A model generated the notes under the pieces. That model made no database searches. It saw only the letters and a list, made by a program, of their open reading frames with translations, and had not been told where the DNA came from. This document shows, piece by piece, positions 8,970-19,075 of a stretch of 43,047 nt of DNA (its first letter is position 1; each line of letters starts with the position of its first letter). The translations under genes and the position numbers were made by a program. The stretch covers positions 1-43,047 of IMG/VR virus record IMGVR_UViG_3300037420_000363; one strand, written 5' to 3'. The stretch is from a virus (lineage: Duplodnaviria; Caudoviricetes).

Positions 8970-9640
8970 TAGCCGAACCCTCCAAAGAGGCTCGCACCCA
9001 GGTTTACGGCTTTACCGATGCCGTTCCACATGTTCTGGCTGATGTTGTAGTTGTTCATATCGGCCGCGGCATTCGAGGCCCCCTGCCCGGTATAGTTGGC
9101 ATTCGCCGCGGCGCCTTGGCCTTGGAAGCTCTGGTTAAGACCGCCGCCGAGCCCAGTGCTGACACCAGCCGCACCACTAACCGCGCTGTTGTTGGCGCTC
9201 AGATACGGCGAAAGACCTTGCAGATAGCTGCCATAGGTCTGGCCTGCCAAGCCCGTTGCATATTTCAGCGTATCAGCGTCAGCGTTGCCGCTGACAGGAT
9301 TGCCGGCGGCAGCATGCGTGCGGTTCAGTGCCTGCAAGCCCTGGTCGAGCGCAAAACCATATGTGCCGTACTGACCCGAGTTTTTGAACGTGTCCATGGC
9401 GCGCTGAAGGCCAGCGGTTCCGTTCGCGCCGCTCGCATCGCCATAGGCATTTGAGCCGGCCGTGGTTGAGGCCACCAGTGGTGCGTAATAGCTCGATGCC
9501 TGATTATAGCCCTGCGTGAGCGCATTGCGACCCTGCCCGTAGAGATCAGAGAGGGCGTTGTAGCCCTGCTGTAGACCGGCGTTGCGATCTCGCGCGGCCT
9601 GCTCGGCATCGTCGTTCGAGAAAATCGAGAAAAGGCCCAT
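8969..9640 (-). CDS. DNA transfer (ejection) protein, P22 gp7-like
   Basis: Gly/Ala/Asn-rich 223 aa; YGFALDQG motif; first of three ejection genes. Confidence 0.65.
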   Translation of the reverse strand: MGLFSIFSNDDAEQAARDRNAGLQQGYNALSDLYGQGRNALTQGYNQASSYYAPLVASTTAGSNAYGDASGANGTAGLQRAMDTFKNSGQYGTYGFALDQGLQALNRTHAAAGNPVSGNADADTLKYATGLAGQTYGSYLQGLSPYLSANNSAVSGAAGVSTGLGGGLNQSFQGQGAAANANYTGQGASNAAADMNNYNISQNMWNGIGKAVNLGASLFGGFG

Positions 9641-9837
9641 CAGTTAGCCCCCGGCGTCCAAAGCTTAGTGGTGGAGTTGTAGACAAGCACCTGACCATTG
9701 GTCGGCGCCGTGGTTGACACGTCAGGCAGTGTTCCGAGCTTCTGGATGCTCTGAAAATAATCGTACCAAGTCTGATTCATGGTCCCGGTTGCCTGATCGA
9801 TCACAGGAACATCCTTGCCGGGGAATGGTCGCGCCAT
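9640..9837 (-). CDS. Small tail-associated protein
   Basis: 65 aa, coupled by TGATG overlaps; DVSTTAPTNGQVLVYN fibre-type repeat. Confidence 0.55.
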   Translation of the reverse strand: MARPFPGKDVPVIDQATGTMNQTWYDYFQSIQKLGTLPDVSTTAPTNGQVLVYNSTTKLWTPGAN

Positions 9838-11282
9838 CAGTGATTCCTAAGTTGTGTGTCCTGCGTGGCACCGAGGAATGCCACATAGACAGGATCAGAG
9901 ACCTTCAGCCTCCAGCGCCGGCCCTGCATTCCACTCATTCCCGTCCGGAGCATCGTGATACGCTGCGGCGTCGCCTGCCGGCCAAGCTTGCGAACGAATT
10001 CCTGGCTCCAGGAAATGCCGCCATCGTCCGACCAGGAGATGCCAACGCTCGGATCTGTCGCGATCGGGTCTTGTCCCGTTGCTTGACCCACGCCGACCAC
10101 GAAATTGAAGTCTGCCCGCGCGATCTTCGTCCGGTTCGGAAAGTTCACGACAGGACCGCTTTCGATCTGGAACTGGAGTGGGTTTCCATTCTCGTCATAA
10201 GTCTGCTCACCGAGATAGAGCAGCCGGTTGCCTTGCGTGTCGCCAGTGATCCACTTGCCGAAGGCAGAAATCCCGCTGATCGAGCGCCAGCGCGTTTGCT
10301 GATAGCTCGCGCGCTCGTTCCACTTCTGGCTCCCGAGGTCGAATTCCCAGGTGAACGCCGGACAGGACAGCACCCACTTTGGATGCCCCTGCGAGATGTA
10401 GACCGATGCCTCCAGCGTTGCCTTGTCCGATACCGCAGCGATCAATCGGTCAAGATCAGGCGGCGAAATCTTCAGAGGGTTCGGCGTGCCGTTATGCTGC
10501 ACCACTGAATTGTCGTCAGCCACCCAGATCAGCGCCGAGCCGAAACCGTCCTCATGTCCCGCCACGGCATACGGGCTCAGCAAGCCGCGCTGGATAACGT
10601 AGGACCGCGTGAACGGGAAGCCGGTTGGCTGCGCCGTGTCGGAATAGACCGCGCCGAAATTTGGTCCCCAGACGTAATACTGGCCGTTGAACGGAAGCCC
10701 GCGGGTCAGGCCGCCGGTTTTCGCCTGCTCCTTCGTCTTATCGGTCGTAGCGATCGTGACGTCATTCAGCCCTGACGCCTGGATTGTGCCATCGCCATAG
10801 GTGAAGATAAAATAGCCATCCATGAACCCGACGCTGTTCGGCGTTCCGATGTCAGGATCAGCAAACGAGATAACCGCGCTCGACGAGACCGAGAAGGCGC
10901 CCGTTCCCGGAGCGACGCACACAACGTCAGGCGTCGGGCTTTTGTTGTTGCGCGCCCAGAAAACCTTTTCCGTGCCATTGAGTGTGCCGGTTAGCACCGC
11001 CTCAACGCCGCCTGAGGTGTACGTGGCTGCCTTTCCGCTCCAAGCAGTATAGAGTGCGCTCCCGACCAGCAAGCCGCCGCGGAAACCCGTCTGCGTCGAC
11101 GTGCAGAATTGCGCTACGCCCGGCGACTTGCGCCAAACAACCTGAGGCGGGGCGAATCCTTTCGATGCCTTCACGTCCTTTCCGAGCGGCTCGGCATAAC
11201 AGTTGATCAGACGGCCAGCACTCTCTTGCCCCGACGCGCCCGGCGAGGACGAGAGCGGGAACGGGATCTGTACGGGCGGCAC
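9837..11282 (-). CDS. Tail hub / packaged-DNA stabilisation protein (P22 gp10-like)
   Basis: RLINCYAE, FMDGYFIF and ISWSDDGGISWS...G motifs; likely GTG start at 11282. Confidence 0.8.
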   Translation of the reverse strand: MPPVQIPFPLSSSPGASGQESAGRLINCYAEPLGKDVKASKGFAPPQVVWRKSPGVAQFCTSTQTGFRGGLLVGSALYTAWSGKAATYTSGGVEAVLTGTLNGTEKVFWARNNKSPTPDVVCVAPGTGAFSVSSSAVISFADPDIGTPNSVGFMDGYFIFTYGDGTIQASGLNDVTIATTDKTKEQAKTGGLTRGLPFNGQYYVWGPNFGAVYSDTAQPTGFPFTRSYVIQRGLLSPYAVAGHEDGFGSALIWVADDNSVVQHNGTPNPLKISPPDLDRLIAAVSDKATLEASVYISQGHPKWVLSCPAFTWEFDLGSQKWNERASYQQTRWRSISGISAFGKWITGDTQGNRLLYLGEQTYDENGNPLQFQIESGPVVNFPNRTKIARADFNFVVGVGQATGQDPIATDPSVGISWSDDGGISWSQEFVRKLGRQATPQRITMLRTGMSGMQGRRWRLKVSDPVYVAFLGATQDTQLRNH

Positions 11283-11283
11283 T

Positions 11284-11622
11284 TTAGAAATAATCCACGC
11301 GCGCAGGCCCATACCCTGGCGTCTGGCGGGTCAGAACACGGATGCGGTTGCGCTGCTGCTGCGCAAGCTGCTCATTGGATTGACCGCCAAACTCTTCGGC
11401 CGCGGCATTGGCAACTAGCTTGCTGAAGGGCAGGAAAAGCTCGTCGTCGAGGCTGTCAGGATCGCCAATATAGGTGGTCCCGTCCGCGTTGATCTCAGCA
11501 ACGACGCTGTCAATGTACCCATCCAGCGCGGTTGCGTCCTCATCGGACATGCTCGATCCAACGTCTCCACCCACGAGGATGTCGAGAGCCTTCTTCTGAA
11601 TTTCGGCGCGGGTTTTAGACAT
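11284..11622 (-). CDS. Head-tail adaptor
   Basis: 112-aa helical protein (MSKTRAEIQKKALDIL) between capsid genes and hub. Confidence 0.65.
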   Translation of the reverse strand: MSKTRAEIQKKALDILVGGDVGSSMSDEDATALDGYIDSVVAEINADGTTYIGDPDSLDDELFLPFSKLVANAAAEEFGGQSNEQLAQQQRNRIRVLTRQTPGYGPARVDYF

Positions 11623-11635
11623 TGCCCCTCACATG

Positions 11636-11657
11636 AAAAAGCCGCCCGAAGGCGGCC
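11636..11657 (-). terminator. Rho-independent terminator
   Basis: GCCGCC-TTCG-GGCGGC-TTTTT on the minus strand. Confidence 0.7.
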
Positions 11658-11663
11658 ATCTCA

Positions 11664-11978
11664 TCATTCTGCCTTGGCAGGCTCTTCGGGTTTTCGCCCC
11701 GCCAAATTGGCGCGTCGATCCGCCTCAAAGTCGTGATCGCGGGCATCCTCGACGCCCTTCTTCAGATCACGGTTCGGAGGCCGACCGCGGCGCGGCTTTT
11801 CGTCGTCCTCGCCGAGATCAAAATCGAAGTGCTGATTGCCCTGAAGCTTCTCCATCAGATGCGGGTGCTCATCCGAATTGATTTCGACGGCTTCACCATC
11901 GTTGAAAATAACGCCGCCGATGTTGCAGGACTTCGCGTCACCTTCGGGCGCATGGTAGGTTGCAGTTGCTTTGCGCAT
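11664..11978 (-). CDS. Hypothetical head-region protein
   Basis: 104 aa; KPRRGRPP basic motif; GGAG RBS. Confidence 0.6.
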   Translation of the reverse strand: MRKATATYHAPEGDAKSCNIGGVIFNDGEAVEINSDEHPHLMEKLQGNQHFDFDLGEDDEKPRRGRPPNRDLKKGVEDARDHDFEADRRANLAGRKPEEPAKAE

Positions 11979-12030
11979 TGCAAATCTCCGGTTGGTTGCC
12001 TGCCGATCAACGCGACCGGCAGGCAATTGT

Positions 12031-12453
12031 TCAGCCAGCGACAAAGCCGACAAGATACAGATCGAGCGTGCCAGCCGCCGCGGTTGCGGAGCCCGTGGTC
12101 GCCGTCACCAGGATCTTCGTGTCTGCCGTGTAGGCGAACAGAAGGCCCGTCGAAGCCAGCGTCGTCGTTGAGGTGCCAGCCTGGCCGATGGTCGAAGACG
12201 ACAGGAAGCGAGTCGAGCTTCCGGAATCGCCAACGGACAGCGCCAAGGTGGGCGAACCGTTGGTGTCCATGTCGGACGCAACGGCGATGATGCCGGTGAC
12301 GGTGAAGCCGGCTGGCACGACGAACGCCTCCACGACGTTGCCGGTGGTGAGATCGGCCGCAACCATCGTAACGCGACGGCCGAGAGTCTTCGTGGTGCGG
12401 GCTTCGCCCAGAAGGCCAGCCTGAGGCTGGGTGAAGTCAGTACGAGTGGCCAT
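12031..12453 (-). CDS. Capsid decoration / minor head protein
   Basis: 140 aa, Thr/Ala-rich beta protein (DMDTNGSPTLALSVGD) directly after the major capsid gene; GGAGGAG RBS. Confidence 0.65.
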   Translation of the reverse strand: MATRTDFTQPQAGLLGEARTTKTLGRRVTMVAADLTTGNVVEAFVVPAGFTVTGIIAVASDMDTNGSPTLALSVGDSGSSTRFLSSSTIGQAGTSTTTLASTGLLFAYTADTKILVTATTGSATAAAGTLDLYLVGFVAG

Positions 12454-12477
12454 TGCCAACTCCTCCAATGATGATGA

Positions 12478-12505
12478 AAAGGAAAGAGCGGCCCGCAGGC
12501 CGCTC
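12478..12505 (-). terminator. Terminator after the major capsid gene
   Basis: GAGCGGCC-TGCG-GGCCGCTC-TTTCCTTT on the minus strand. Confidence 0.55.
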
Positions 12506-12512
12506 AATTGGA

Positions 12513-13718
12513 TCAGGCGTTGGCGACGCCGGAGACGAAGCCGGTGACCATGCCCCAATCGACGAGGTCGCCGACGGTGGCGGAAGCGCCGACCGAGAGC
12601 GGTGCCTTGGCGATCTTGCCGACGCCGTACTGAGCTTCGATGCCGATGCCCTTGATGAAATCGTAGTCGGTTTCATCGCGGCGGGTCGGACGCGGCATCT
12701 GGCCCACGACGTAGCCGAGAGCGCCCTGACCGAGTAGGAACACGGGCTCCACGTCGATCGAAGAGGCCCCCACACCAGTCAGGAGCAGGCGCTGCGTGAT
12801 CTCCGGGATCTCGAGGTAGTACACACCGTCGTAGACGAGGCCGCCGCCCGTGAAGATCGGGTTCTTGGTGGTCGGGCTGGACTCGCGTTCGCGGGCATCG
12901 CGGTTGGCCTGGTACATGGTAGGATCGGCCTTCAGATCGCGCATGGCGCGCGAGCCGAGGAGGCAGAGGTACCATTCCTGGTCGTTGTTCGAGCCCTTGA
13001 TCTGGAAGGGATTGATCTTGGGCTTGCCGTTATAGACGCCCGGGTTGGACGACGAAACGCCGGTCTGCTGCGCCACGTTCTTCATGAGCGAGCCGACAGC
13101 AGCGGTCATCTTGTCGTTCGTGGAGTCCACGTTGGCGACGGCGGTTGCGAAGGTCGTGGAGTAGTTTGAGATCTGCGATCCGAACACGACACGATCGACG
13201 TTCGCGGTCACCCACGAGTTCTTGTTGCCGGCGGTAGCAGCCGACCACTTGATGCCGTTCACGCGGTTGCCGGGCGCCTGGAAGCGGCCGGACTGGATCT
13301 GCGAGGTCGGAATCGAGAGCAGCGCATCCACGAGATCATCGCGGACGACGCGGCGAGCCCAGCCACGGAGGAGGCTCTGCGCGGTCGATTGGACCGAGAA
13401 AGAGTTCTCCTTGTTGGCCGCACGGTTGTTTGCGACCGCGTTGCGGGCCCAGTCCGCCCACATTGGCATGCCGTAGCTGTCCAGCGTCTCTTCGGCGCCG
13501 ACCAGCGTACCGACGCCGACACCGGGTCCGGTGAGCTGCGTGACGAGCGGGATGCGGATTTCCTTGCCGTCGCCGGCCAGGTCCGACATGCGCACGATCG
13601 GGCTAGTGGAGTCGGCCCCCATAAAGGGATCGAGGCGCGACGCCCGCAGGAAGTCGAACGCGACATTCCGGCGGAATTTGATCAGTTCATTGTTCGGGTG
13701 GTTCGTAGTGAGGGCCAT
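12513..13718 (-). CDS. Major capsid protein (N4-gp56/DUF4043-like)
   Basis: 401 aa; DLAGDGKEIRIPLVTQLTGPGV..LVGAEETL, NPIFTGG, DYDFIKGIG, DWGMVT motifs; follows the scaffold. Confidence 0.85.
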   Translation of the reverse strand: MALTTNHPNNELIKFRRNVAFDFLRASRLDPFMGADSTSPIVRMSDLAGDGKEIRIPLVTQLTGPGVGVGTLVGAEETLDSYGMPMWADWARNAVANNRAANKENSFSVQSTAQSLLRGWARRVVRDDLVDALLSIPTSQIQSGRFQAPGNRVNGIKWSAATAGNKNSWVTANVDRVVFGSQISNYSTTFATAVANVDSTNDKMTAAVGSLMKNVAQQTGVSSSNPGVYNGKPKINPFQIKGSNNDQEWYLCLLGSRAMRDLKADPTMYQANRDARERESSPTTKNPIFTGGGLVYDGVYYLEIPEITQRLLLTGVGASSIDVEPVFLLGQGALGYVVGQMPRPTRRDETDYDFIKGIGIEAQYGVGKIAKAPLSVGASATVGDLVDWGMVTGFVSGVANA

Positions 13719-13765
13719 CGGCCGCTACCTTTCTGTTGATGGCCTCCACCGGACGAACAGGCAAA

Positions 13766-13795
13766 GAAAAACCCGCCTCAAGGGCGGGTGTTTTC
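13766..13795 (-). terminator. Hairpin/terminator between scaffold and capsid genes
   Basis: ACCCGCC-CTTGA-GGCGGGT-TTT on the minus strand. Confidence 0.5.
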
Positions 13796-13815
13796 GTCAA
13801 CCTGTGTTGTCGGCT

Positions 13816-14649
13816 TCAGCCAGCGATCTGCTGGAAAAGCTCGCTGTCGGACACGTCTTCGATGTTCGACTTGAGCGTGGTGTTCGCCCGGCTCGCCCCG
13901 TTCAGGGACGGCGGGAGGTCAGTGCGAGGGCGACCATTCGTCTGAGTGTTCTGCTGGGCCGAGCCGCGCGCCAGTTCTGCCGCCTTCGCGAGGAATGCGG
14001 GGTCTTTCAGGCGCTCTTCCAGCTTCTTCTCGAGCCACGCGTTCGGGTCGTTGCCGACTTCGGCGCGGACCTTCTGCTCGCGGTGCCAATCGAGCAGCGT
14101 CTTTCCAGGATCGCGGGAGGCCTGCATACGGGCCCTCAGCGCCGGATCTACGGCCTTCTGAGCGGCTGCATATGCTTCCTGGAATTCGGCCGGGTGAGCT
14201 TCAGCGGCCCTCTGAAGGCTTTCCTCTCGACGTTCAGCAAGGGCTTCTTGACGAAGCTCCTCACGGATTGCCGCGGCATAGCCATCCGGATCAAGAAGGG
14301 GATCGGGACGAGAAGGCTTATCGGCCTTCGGCTGTTCCTGCTGGCGAGGCTGCTGCTGAGACCGGCGCAATTCGGCCATTTCGGCCTTCAGGCGTTCGTT
14401 CTCTTCGGCAACGCGCCGCTTCTCCTCATTGATCTCCCGAAGACGCCAGGACGGCACCTGCGGAGCGTCGTCATCGACCGCCGGACGTTCTGCCGTGGTC
14501 TCCGTCGTCGCTGCCTGCGTCGTCTCGGTCTCGGGTTGCTCCTCGATCTGCTCTTGCTGCTCGGTTACGGCCGGACTATCCGCCGTTTCCTCCGAAAGCA
14601 CGTCATTCAGCAGATCTTCGTCGCTCGGTCCCTGGTTCTCAGCACTCAT
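13816..14649 (-). CDS. Capsid scaffolding protein
   Basis: Acidic N-terminus, VPSWRLREINEEKR coiled coil, PDPLLDP, LPPSL; lies between portal and capsid. Confidence 0.8.
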   Translation of the reverse strand: MSAENQGPSDEDLLNDVLSEETADSPAVTEQQEQIEEQPETETTQAATTETTAERPAVDDDAPQVPSWRLREINEEKRRVAEENERLKAEMAELRRSQQQPRQQEQPKADKPSRPDPLLDPDGYAAAIREELRQEALAERREESLQRAAEAHPAEFQEAYAAAQKAVDPALRARMQASRDPGKTLLDWHREQKVRAEVGNDPNAWLEKKLEERLKDPAFLAKAAELARGSAQQNTQTNGRPRTDLPPSLNGASRANTTLKSNIEDVSDSELFQQIAG

Positions 14650-14741
14650 GGTCTCTTCCTTTCGCGTTTCGTGCGATCACGTATGCCGGCAATATCGCTG
14701 CCAGCGGGCGAGTAAGCCTGTGTCGTCGGCTTGTACGATCT

Positions 14742-16748
14742 CTAATCTGCGGGCTGGCGCGCGGCCTGCTTGGCCTGCTGCGCCGCCTTCTCGCGAGCCA
14801 TGTCCATGTTCTGAGCGTGCTGCTCTTGCTGCATGCGCGCGGCGTTCGCAGCCTTGATGCGCTCAATCTGGATGTCAGCGGCGGCTTTCATCCGCTGGAT
14901 TTCGATGTCGTTCGCTGCTTTCATGCGCTCAAGTTGCGCATCCATGGCGGCCTTTTGTTCGTCGATCTGCTGCTGGCGGGCCTGCATGGCCAAATCCTGC
15001 TGCGTCCGGGCGGTTTCCCGGGCGTCCTCGCGCTGAGCGGCCTGCGCGTCCAACTGCGCCTTGGCCTGAAGCGCCATAACCTTCGGATCGGGCGGCGGCG
15101 GCTGGTTCTGCTTCGCCTTGATCTTGTCCAGCATCGGCTTCTTGACCGAGTTGGACAGCGGCGCCAGCTCAATGGCGATTTCTGGGAACTCTTGCGCGAA
15201 CTGCGGGCCCAGAGACTGGAGCACCATCATGTTATCGGCTTGCAGGTTGACCGCGTCCGGGCCTTCGTCGAGGATGATATCAACGTCGAGCGCGCCGAGA
15301 GCGTTCACGATCGCAGGACGGCCATACTCGTCTAGGTGCATCTGCCCGGTGCGCGGGTCGAACACCTGATTGACCTGGAAAAGCTGCGCCACGTTCTGGT
15401 CGTCGGTCACGCGAATCCACCGCGGCTCTTTCCAGGTCCGCTGAATGATATTCCAGATGTCGCGATAGACGCGGATTTTCCAGTTCTTGTACGCGGAGAG
15501 GTAGGGTCCAAGCTCGGCGACGCCGGCCTGCTGCAACAGCGAGATCGCGCGGCCTGAACTATCCTCGAGCCCCTGCCCGATCAGCGCGGGATTGGGGCCA
15601 AAATTCTCGATTTCGTTCTTGGACTCCTGGAGCATCTCGAGCTGCCCCTTGAAGTCCGAGACCGCCGACTGATCCGGCGCCATCTTGAGCACAGGGTTGG
15701 TCTCAACCCAGCCGTCAGGCTTGGCCCACTCGCGGCGCGCCGTCTCGATGTCATCAACAGCGCCCTTTTCCGAGATCACGCGGCGCGTATTGAGCAGATG
15801 CAGCGCCTTGGAGCGGCGGTGGTTGATCTCGTCCTGTGGCGACTTCAGGTTACGGATGAAGCCGTACCGATCGCCATCATGGTCCACGCTGGCCGAGAAC
15901 ATGCGATAGCGCGGAAACGTCTTGCCGCGCTCGTCGATGAACGGCGAAACGCCCTTCATCATCTCCATGTTGCCGATGTGCATACACCAGCGCCACTTGC
16001 CGCCCTTGATGTACCAATGGTCGGCTAGACGGACCTTCCGCTCATTGCTGTTGATCCAGTTCTTTTCGCGGTCAGCGTCGTTGATCGAGGTCAGGTCCGA
16101 TCCGGACATAACCAAGCTGTCAATGTCAGCAGCCTTATCCGGAAACAGCTCCTTGGCCTGGTCGATGTCGATCCACTTTGCGACGCCCATGTACCTGGCA
16201 TCGGTGAAACCCTCGTCCCATGATCGCGGATCATAGAAAAACCCGTCTGCATAGACGATGTGGATTTCGAGCGTCGGATCGCCTTCGTCCCCAGGAACGA
16301 GGTCGTATTCAATGCCAGCAATGCCATCAATGGCTGCCAAGCGGGCGATGCGCGACGATTTCGACTTCCAATCGCTCGTGTCGAGCTGGTAGCGCAGCGT
16401 GGCGGTCGCAAGTTCGGCGCCCTCGTCCTGCTGCGGCGTGCGCGGATAGGCTTTCACGTCCTGCCGCAGGCGCTCCACGAGGCCCACAATGGCGTCGATC
16501 TTGCGGACAATGCGGTTTGACGTGACGATCGGCTGGCCGCGCTCACGGAGCTTGCGGATCTCTTCCTTCGTCCATTGGTCGGCATGGTAGTAATGCCGCG
16601 CCTCGACCATCTCACGGCTTTCAGCATCCTTGGCCGCGGCCCAGTCGTTGTACTGCCGGCGCAGGCGCGTCACGTCGAAATAGTCGTCGTCATCCTCCTG
16701 TTTGCGCACCGGAGCGCGCTGGGGCTGAACGGCTGGAAGGGTCTGCAT
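14742..16748 (-). CDS. Portal protein (P22-like)
   Basis: 668 aa; YYHADQW, NRIVRKID, PQDEINHRRSK, SGRAI; Gln-rich C-terminal barrel. Confidence 0.9.
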   Translation of the reverse strand: MQTLPAVQPQRAPVRKQEDDDDYFDVTRLRRQYNDWAAAKDAESREMVEARHYYHADQWTKEEIRKLRERGQPIVTSNRIVRKIDAIVGLVERLRQDVKAYPRTPQQDEGAELATATLRYQLDTSDWKSKSSRIARLAAIDGIAGIEYDLVPGDEGDPTLEIHIVYADGFFYDPRSWDEGFTDARYMGVAKWIDIDQAKELFPDKAADIDSLVMSGSDLTSINDADREKNWINSNERKVRLADHWYIKGGKWRWCMHIGNMEMMKGVSPFIDERGKTFPRYRMFSASVDHDGDRYGFIRNLKSPQDEINHRRSKALHLLNTRRVISEKGAVDDIETARREWAKPDGWVETNPVLKMAPDQSAVSDFKGQLEMLQESKNEIENFGPNPALIGQGLEDSSGRAISLLQQAGVAELGPYLSAYKNWKIRVYRDIWNIIQRTWKEPRWIRVTDDQNVAQLFQVNQVFDPRTGQMHLDEYGRPAIVNALGALDVDIILDEGPDAVNLQADNMMVLQSLGPQFAQEFPEIAIELAPLSNSVKKPMLDKIKAKQNQPPPPDPKVMALQAKAQLDAQAAQREDARETARTQQDLAMQARQQQIDEQKAAMDAQLERMKAANDIEIQRMKAAADIQIERIKAANAARMQQEQHAQNMDMAREKAAQQAKQAARQPAD

Positions 16749-16822
16749 CAGCGCTTAACGGGCTTTCCGCCGAGCCAACCGTAGTCGGTCGGGCGCGAAT
16801 TATAGTTGGTCGGAACGGCCAT
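16748..16822 (-). CDS. 24-aa micro-ORF between terL and portal
   Basis: TGATG overlaps at both ends; MAVPTNYNSRPTDYGWLGGKPVKR. Confidence 0.45.
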   Translation of the reverse strand: MAVPTNYNSRPTDYGWLGGKPVKR

Positions 16823-18354
16823 CAGAGGGTTTTCCAGTTGCTCGTACCTGTGGAAGTGGCTGCCGATTTGTAGCCGGCAGCAACCTTTGGCTCGTCGTCG
16901 TTCGCCGCGCGCTTGATCCACGGCCTGGACATGCACTCGTATCGCCAGTCATCGCCAGCATGGTCTTCCATGTCGCTGTCGAGGTCTTCCGGCTTGTCCG
17001 GATCATGTTGCAGCGCCGGAATGGTCCTGATGCTGTCAACACACGTCGAGAAGCACACAATCATAGGCAAGCCGTCGTCGTCGCCGACGAACCTGGCTCG
17101 CATCTGATCCCAGCCACCCATTGCACCACGGGCCGCAACGCGCTTGTTATCGGCCGGTCGGAACGGGATCAGCTTGGCCCTGATCAACTCGGTATTCAGT
17201 CGCTCCGAGATCGGCGGCCCACCGTCCTCAGCAAAAGCAGCAGGATCGAGAACCCCACCAACCAATCGAGGGTCTTTCGCCTCGCGCTCCGCGATCCCCT
17301 TTCCAACCTGATCAGCATGCAGCTTAAGCCCCACATTAGGCTTTCCTGGCTGCATCCCGTACCATTCGCGATATCGAACCAAGCAGCCCCGCGGAAGCCA
17401 AAGCCCGTCAGGCGTCTTGAACTTATCCTGTACGATCGCCCACCAGCCGATCGAAAACGGCTTAGCTGAGCCCCAGTCACCAGAACGATTGCGCGTCCAG
17501 TTCTCAGGAATCTCGAACGGCTTGACCACATGCCGGCGAGCATCCCAGCAATCGAAGAAGGCACCCTCGATTACATCCCAGTCGCCCCAGCGCATCGCGC
17601 GGACGAGTGCAGCGGAGCCAAGGCCCTCAAGCCGCATCTCATACCCAGGGTCATCCTGACCCATGCTGGGGTTATCCTCGAGCCGAGCCGGAATGTACTG
17701 CCGCAGCATGCCGCCGTCGTTGGCCGGCATGAGCCGCATTTCCATGGGCTGCGCCGCTGTGACGAATGTGCTCTTGACCCAGAGATGACCGACGTTGCCG
17801 GGGTTGGCGCCGCACAGGATACGCGGAAAGCGGCCTACGTAATCTTTCGGCAGCACCACACCGACCATTCGGACGCGGTTGCGGAGGAACCGATACATGG
17901 TCTCCGTGAAGTGCGTCAGCTCGTCGATGATCAGGACGTGGATTTCGGCGCCCTGATATTTGTAGATGTCCTTTTCGTCTTTGCAGTGGCACAGATAGAT
18001 CTTGGAGCCGTTCCAGAACCTGATCTCGTCATCAACGATCTTGCAGAACCCGGCATTTTCCCATGCCGCCAACATGGCCCGGAAGCCTTTCGGCCCCTCC
18101 ATGTGGTTCTTAATCAGGTCGTCACGAATCCGGCGAAACAGGTAGACTTGCAGCCCAGGGATTGCCGAGCACCACACGATGGCGGCGATCCTCATCAGGT
18201 GGGACTTCCCGCCCCCCGCGGCGCCGCCGTACAAAACCTCCGTTGCTAGCGTCTCAAACGCATCCCATTGCCTAGGATGCAGATGAAGGTTCAGGGCGGC
18301 CGGTGAGGTTGATGATTGGGACGAGAGCCGCGCCGTCCTTCCCAGTGTGCTCAT
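16822..18354 (-). CDS. terL: Terminase large subunit
   Basis: Walker A YGGAAGGGKS, Walker B LIIDE, ANPG, nuclease GDWGSAKP and EDHAGDDWRY; start codon uncertain. Confidence 0.95.
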   Translation of the reverse strand: MSTLGRTARLSSQSSTSPAALNLHLHPRQWDAFETLATEVLYGGAAGGGKSHLMRIAAIVWCSAIPGLQVYLFRRIRDDLIKNHMEGPKGFRAMLAAWENAGFCKIVDDEIRFWNGSKIYLCHCKDEKDIYKYQGAEIHVLIIDELTHFTETMYRFLRNRVRMVGVVLPKDYVGRFPRILCGANPGNVGHLWVKSTFVTAAQPMEMRLMPANDGGMLRQYIPARLEDNPSMGQDDPGYEMRLEGLGSAALVRAMRWGDWDVIEGAFFDCWDARRHVVKPFEIPENWTRNRSGDWGSAKPFSIGWWAIVQDKFKTPDGLWLPRGCLVRYREWYGMQPGKPNVGLKLHADQVGKGIAEREAKDPRLVGGVLDPAAFAEDGGPPISERLNTELIRAKLIPFRPADNKRVAARGAMGGWDQMRARFVGDDDGLPMIVCFSTCVDSIRTIPALQHDPDKPEDLDSDMEDHAGDDWRYECMSRPWIKRAANDDEPKVAAGYKSAATSTGTSNWKTL

Positions 18355-18733
18355 GTTCCTGCTTGTCGCGCCATTCGTCACGGCGACGGTTCTTCAACCA
18401 GAAGATTTGCGCCGTAACATCGGGCGGGACGTGCTCCTGGTATTTGGCGTAGACCGGCTTCTTCGCCCCGGCCGGCATGAAAATCTTGACTGCATCGTGG
18501 GTGTAGCCAGTCGCGCGCGCATACAGGCTGCGTTCAACGCGCTCGTCAGCAGCATCCTTGCCCCGCTTTAGGGCATTACAAAATTCAACGTGGGCGGATT
18601 GCCAGCGCCAGATCGTAACGGTCGTAACATTGAAGAAATCGGCCAGTTCGGCATCGGTCGCTCCGAGAGAGCACAGCTTTACTGCCTGCTCTGCATATTC
18701 TGGCTTGTAGGATGATGGCCTTCCTGCCGGCAT
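18272..18733 (-). CDS. terS: Terminase small subunit
   Basis: GRPSSYKPE, helix-turn-helix, PPDVTAQIFWLKNRR..W motif. Confidence 0.9.
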   Translation of the reverse strand: MPAGRPSSYKPEYAEQAVKLCSLGATDAELADFFNVTTVTIWRWQSAHVEFCNALKRGKDAADERVERSLYARATGYTHDAVKIFMPAGAKKPVYAKYQEHVPPDVTAQIFWLKNRRRDEWRDKQEHEHTGKDGAALVPIINLTGRPEPSSAS

Positions 18734-19075
18734 CACACATCACCCACGCTGAGCGCAGCCGCCGCAGATATAGCCGAGGCCGAATGAAGCCATGCCGATC
18801 ACGGCCGGCCAGAACCAGTCCATGACCATGGCGACGTACTCGAATGCCGGCGGGATGGTGACGGAGAGGATCAAATGCGGCGGCCCTTGGGATAGATCTT
18901 GCCGTTGCGCTCTTCAAGTTCGGCGATTCCAGCCACGATCATTGCGACGAGAGCTTTGTGCTGCTTTGCAGTCATGGTCTCACCTTGGGTTTGGCTTCGA
19001 AGCAGCGCGCCGGGGATATGCTCACAAGCCGCGGGGACAGGTTGCGGTGAATGACGCGCTGCTCCGAACTGAATG

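Noticed and set aside
13531-14715. Long antisense ORFs (e.g. 13531..14715, 33938..34984, 9714..10508, 17530..18249)
   Set aside because: Shadow frames of high-GC genes on the opposite strand with no motifs of their own.
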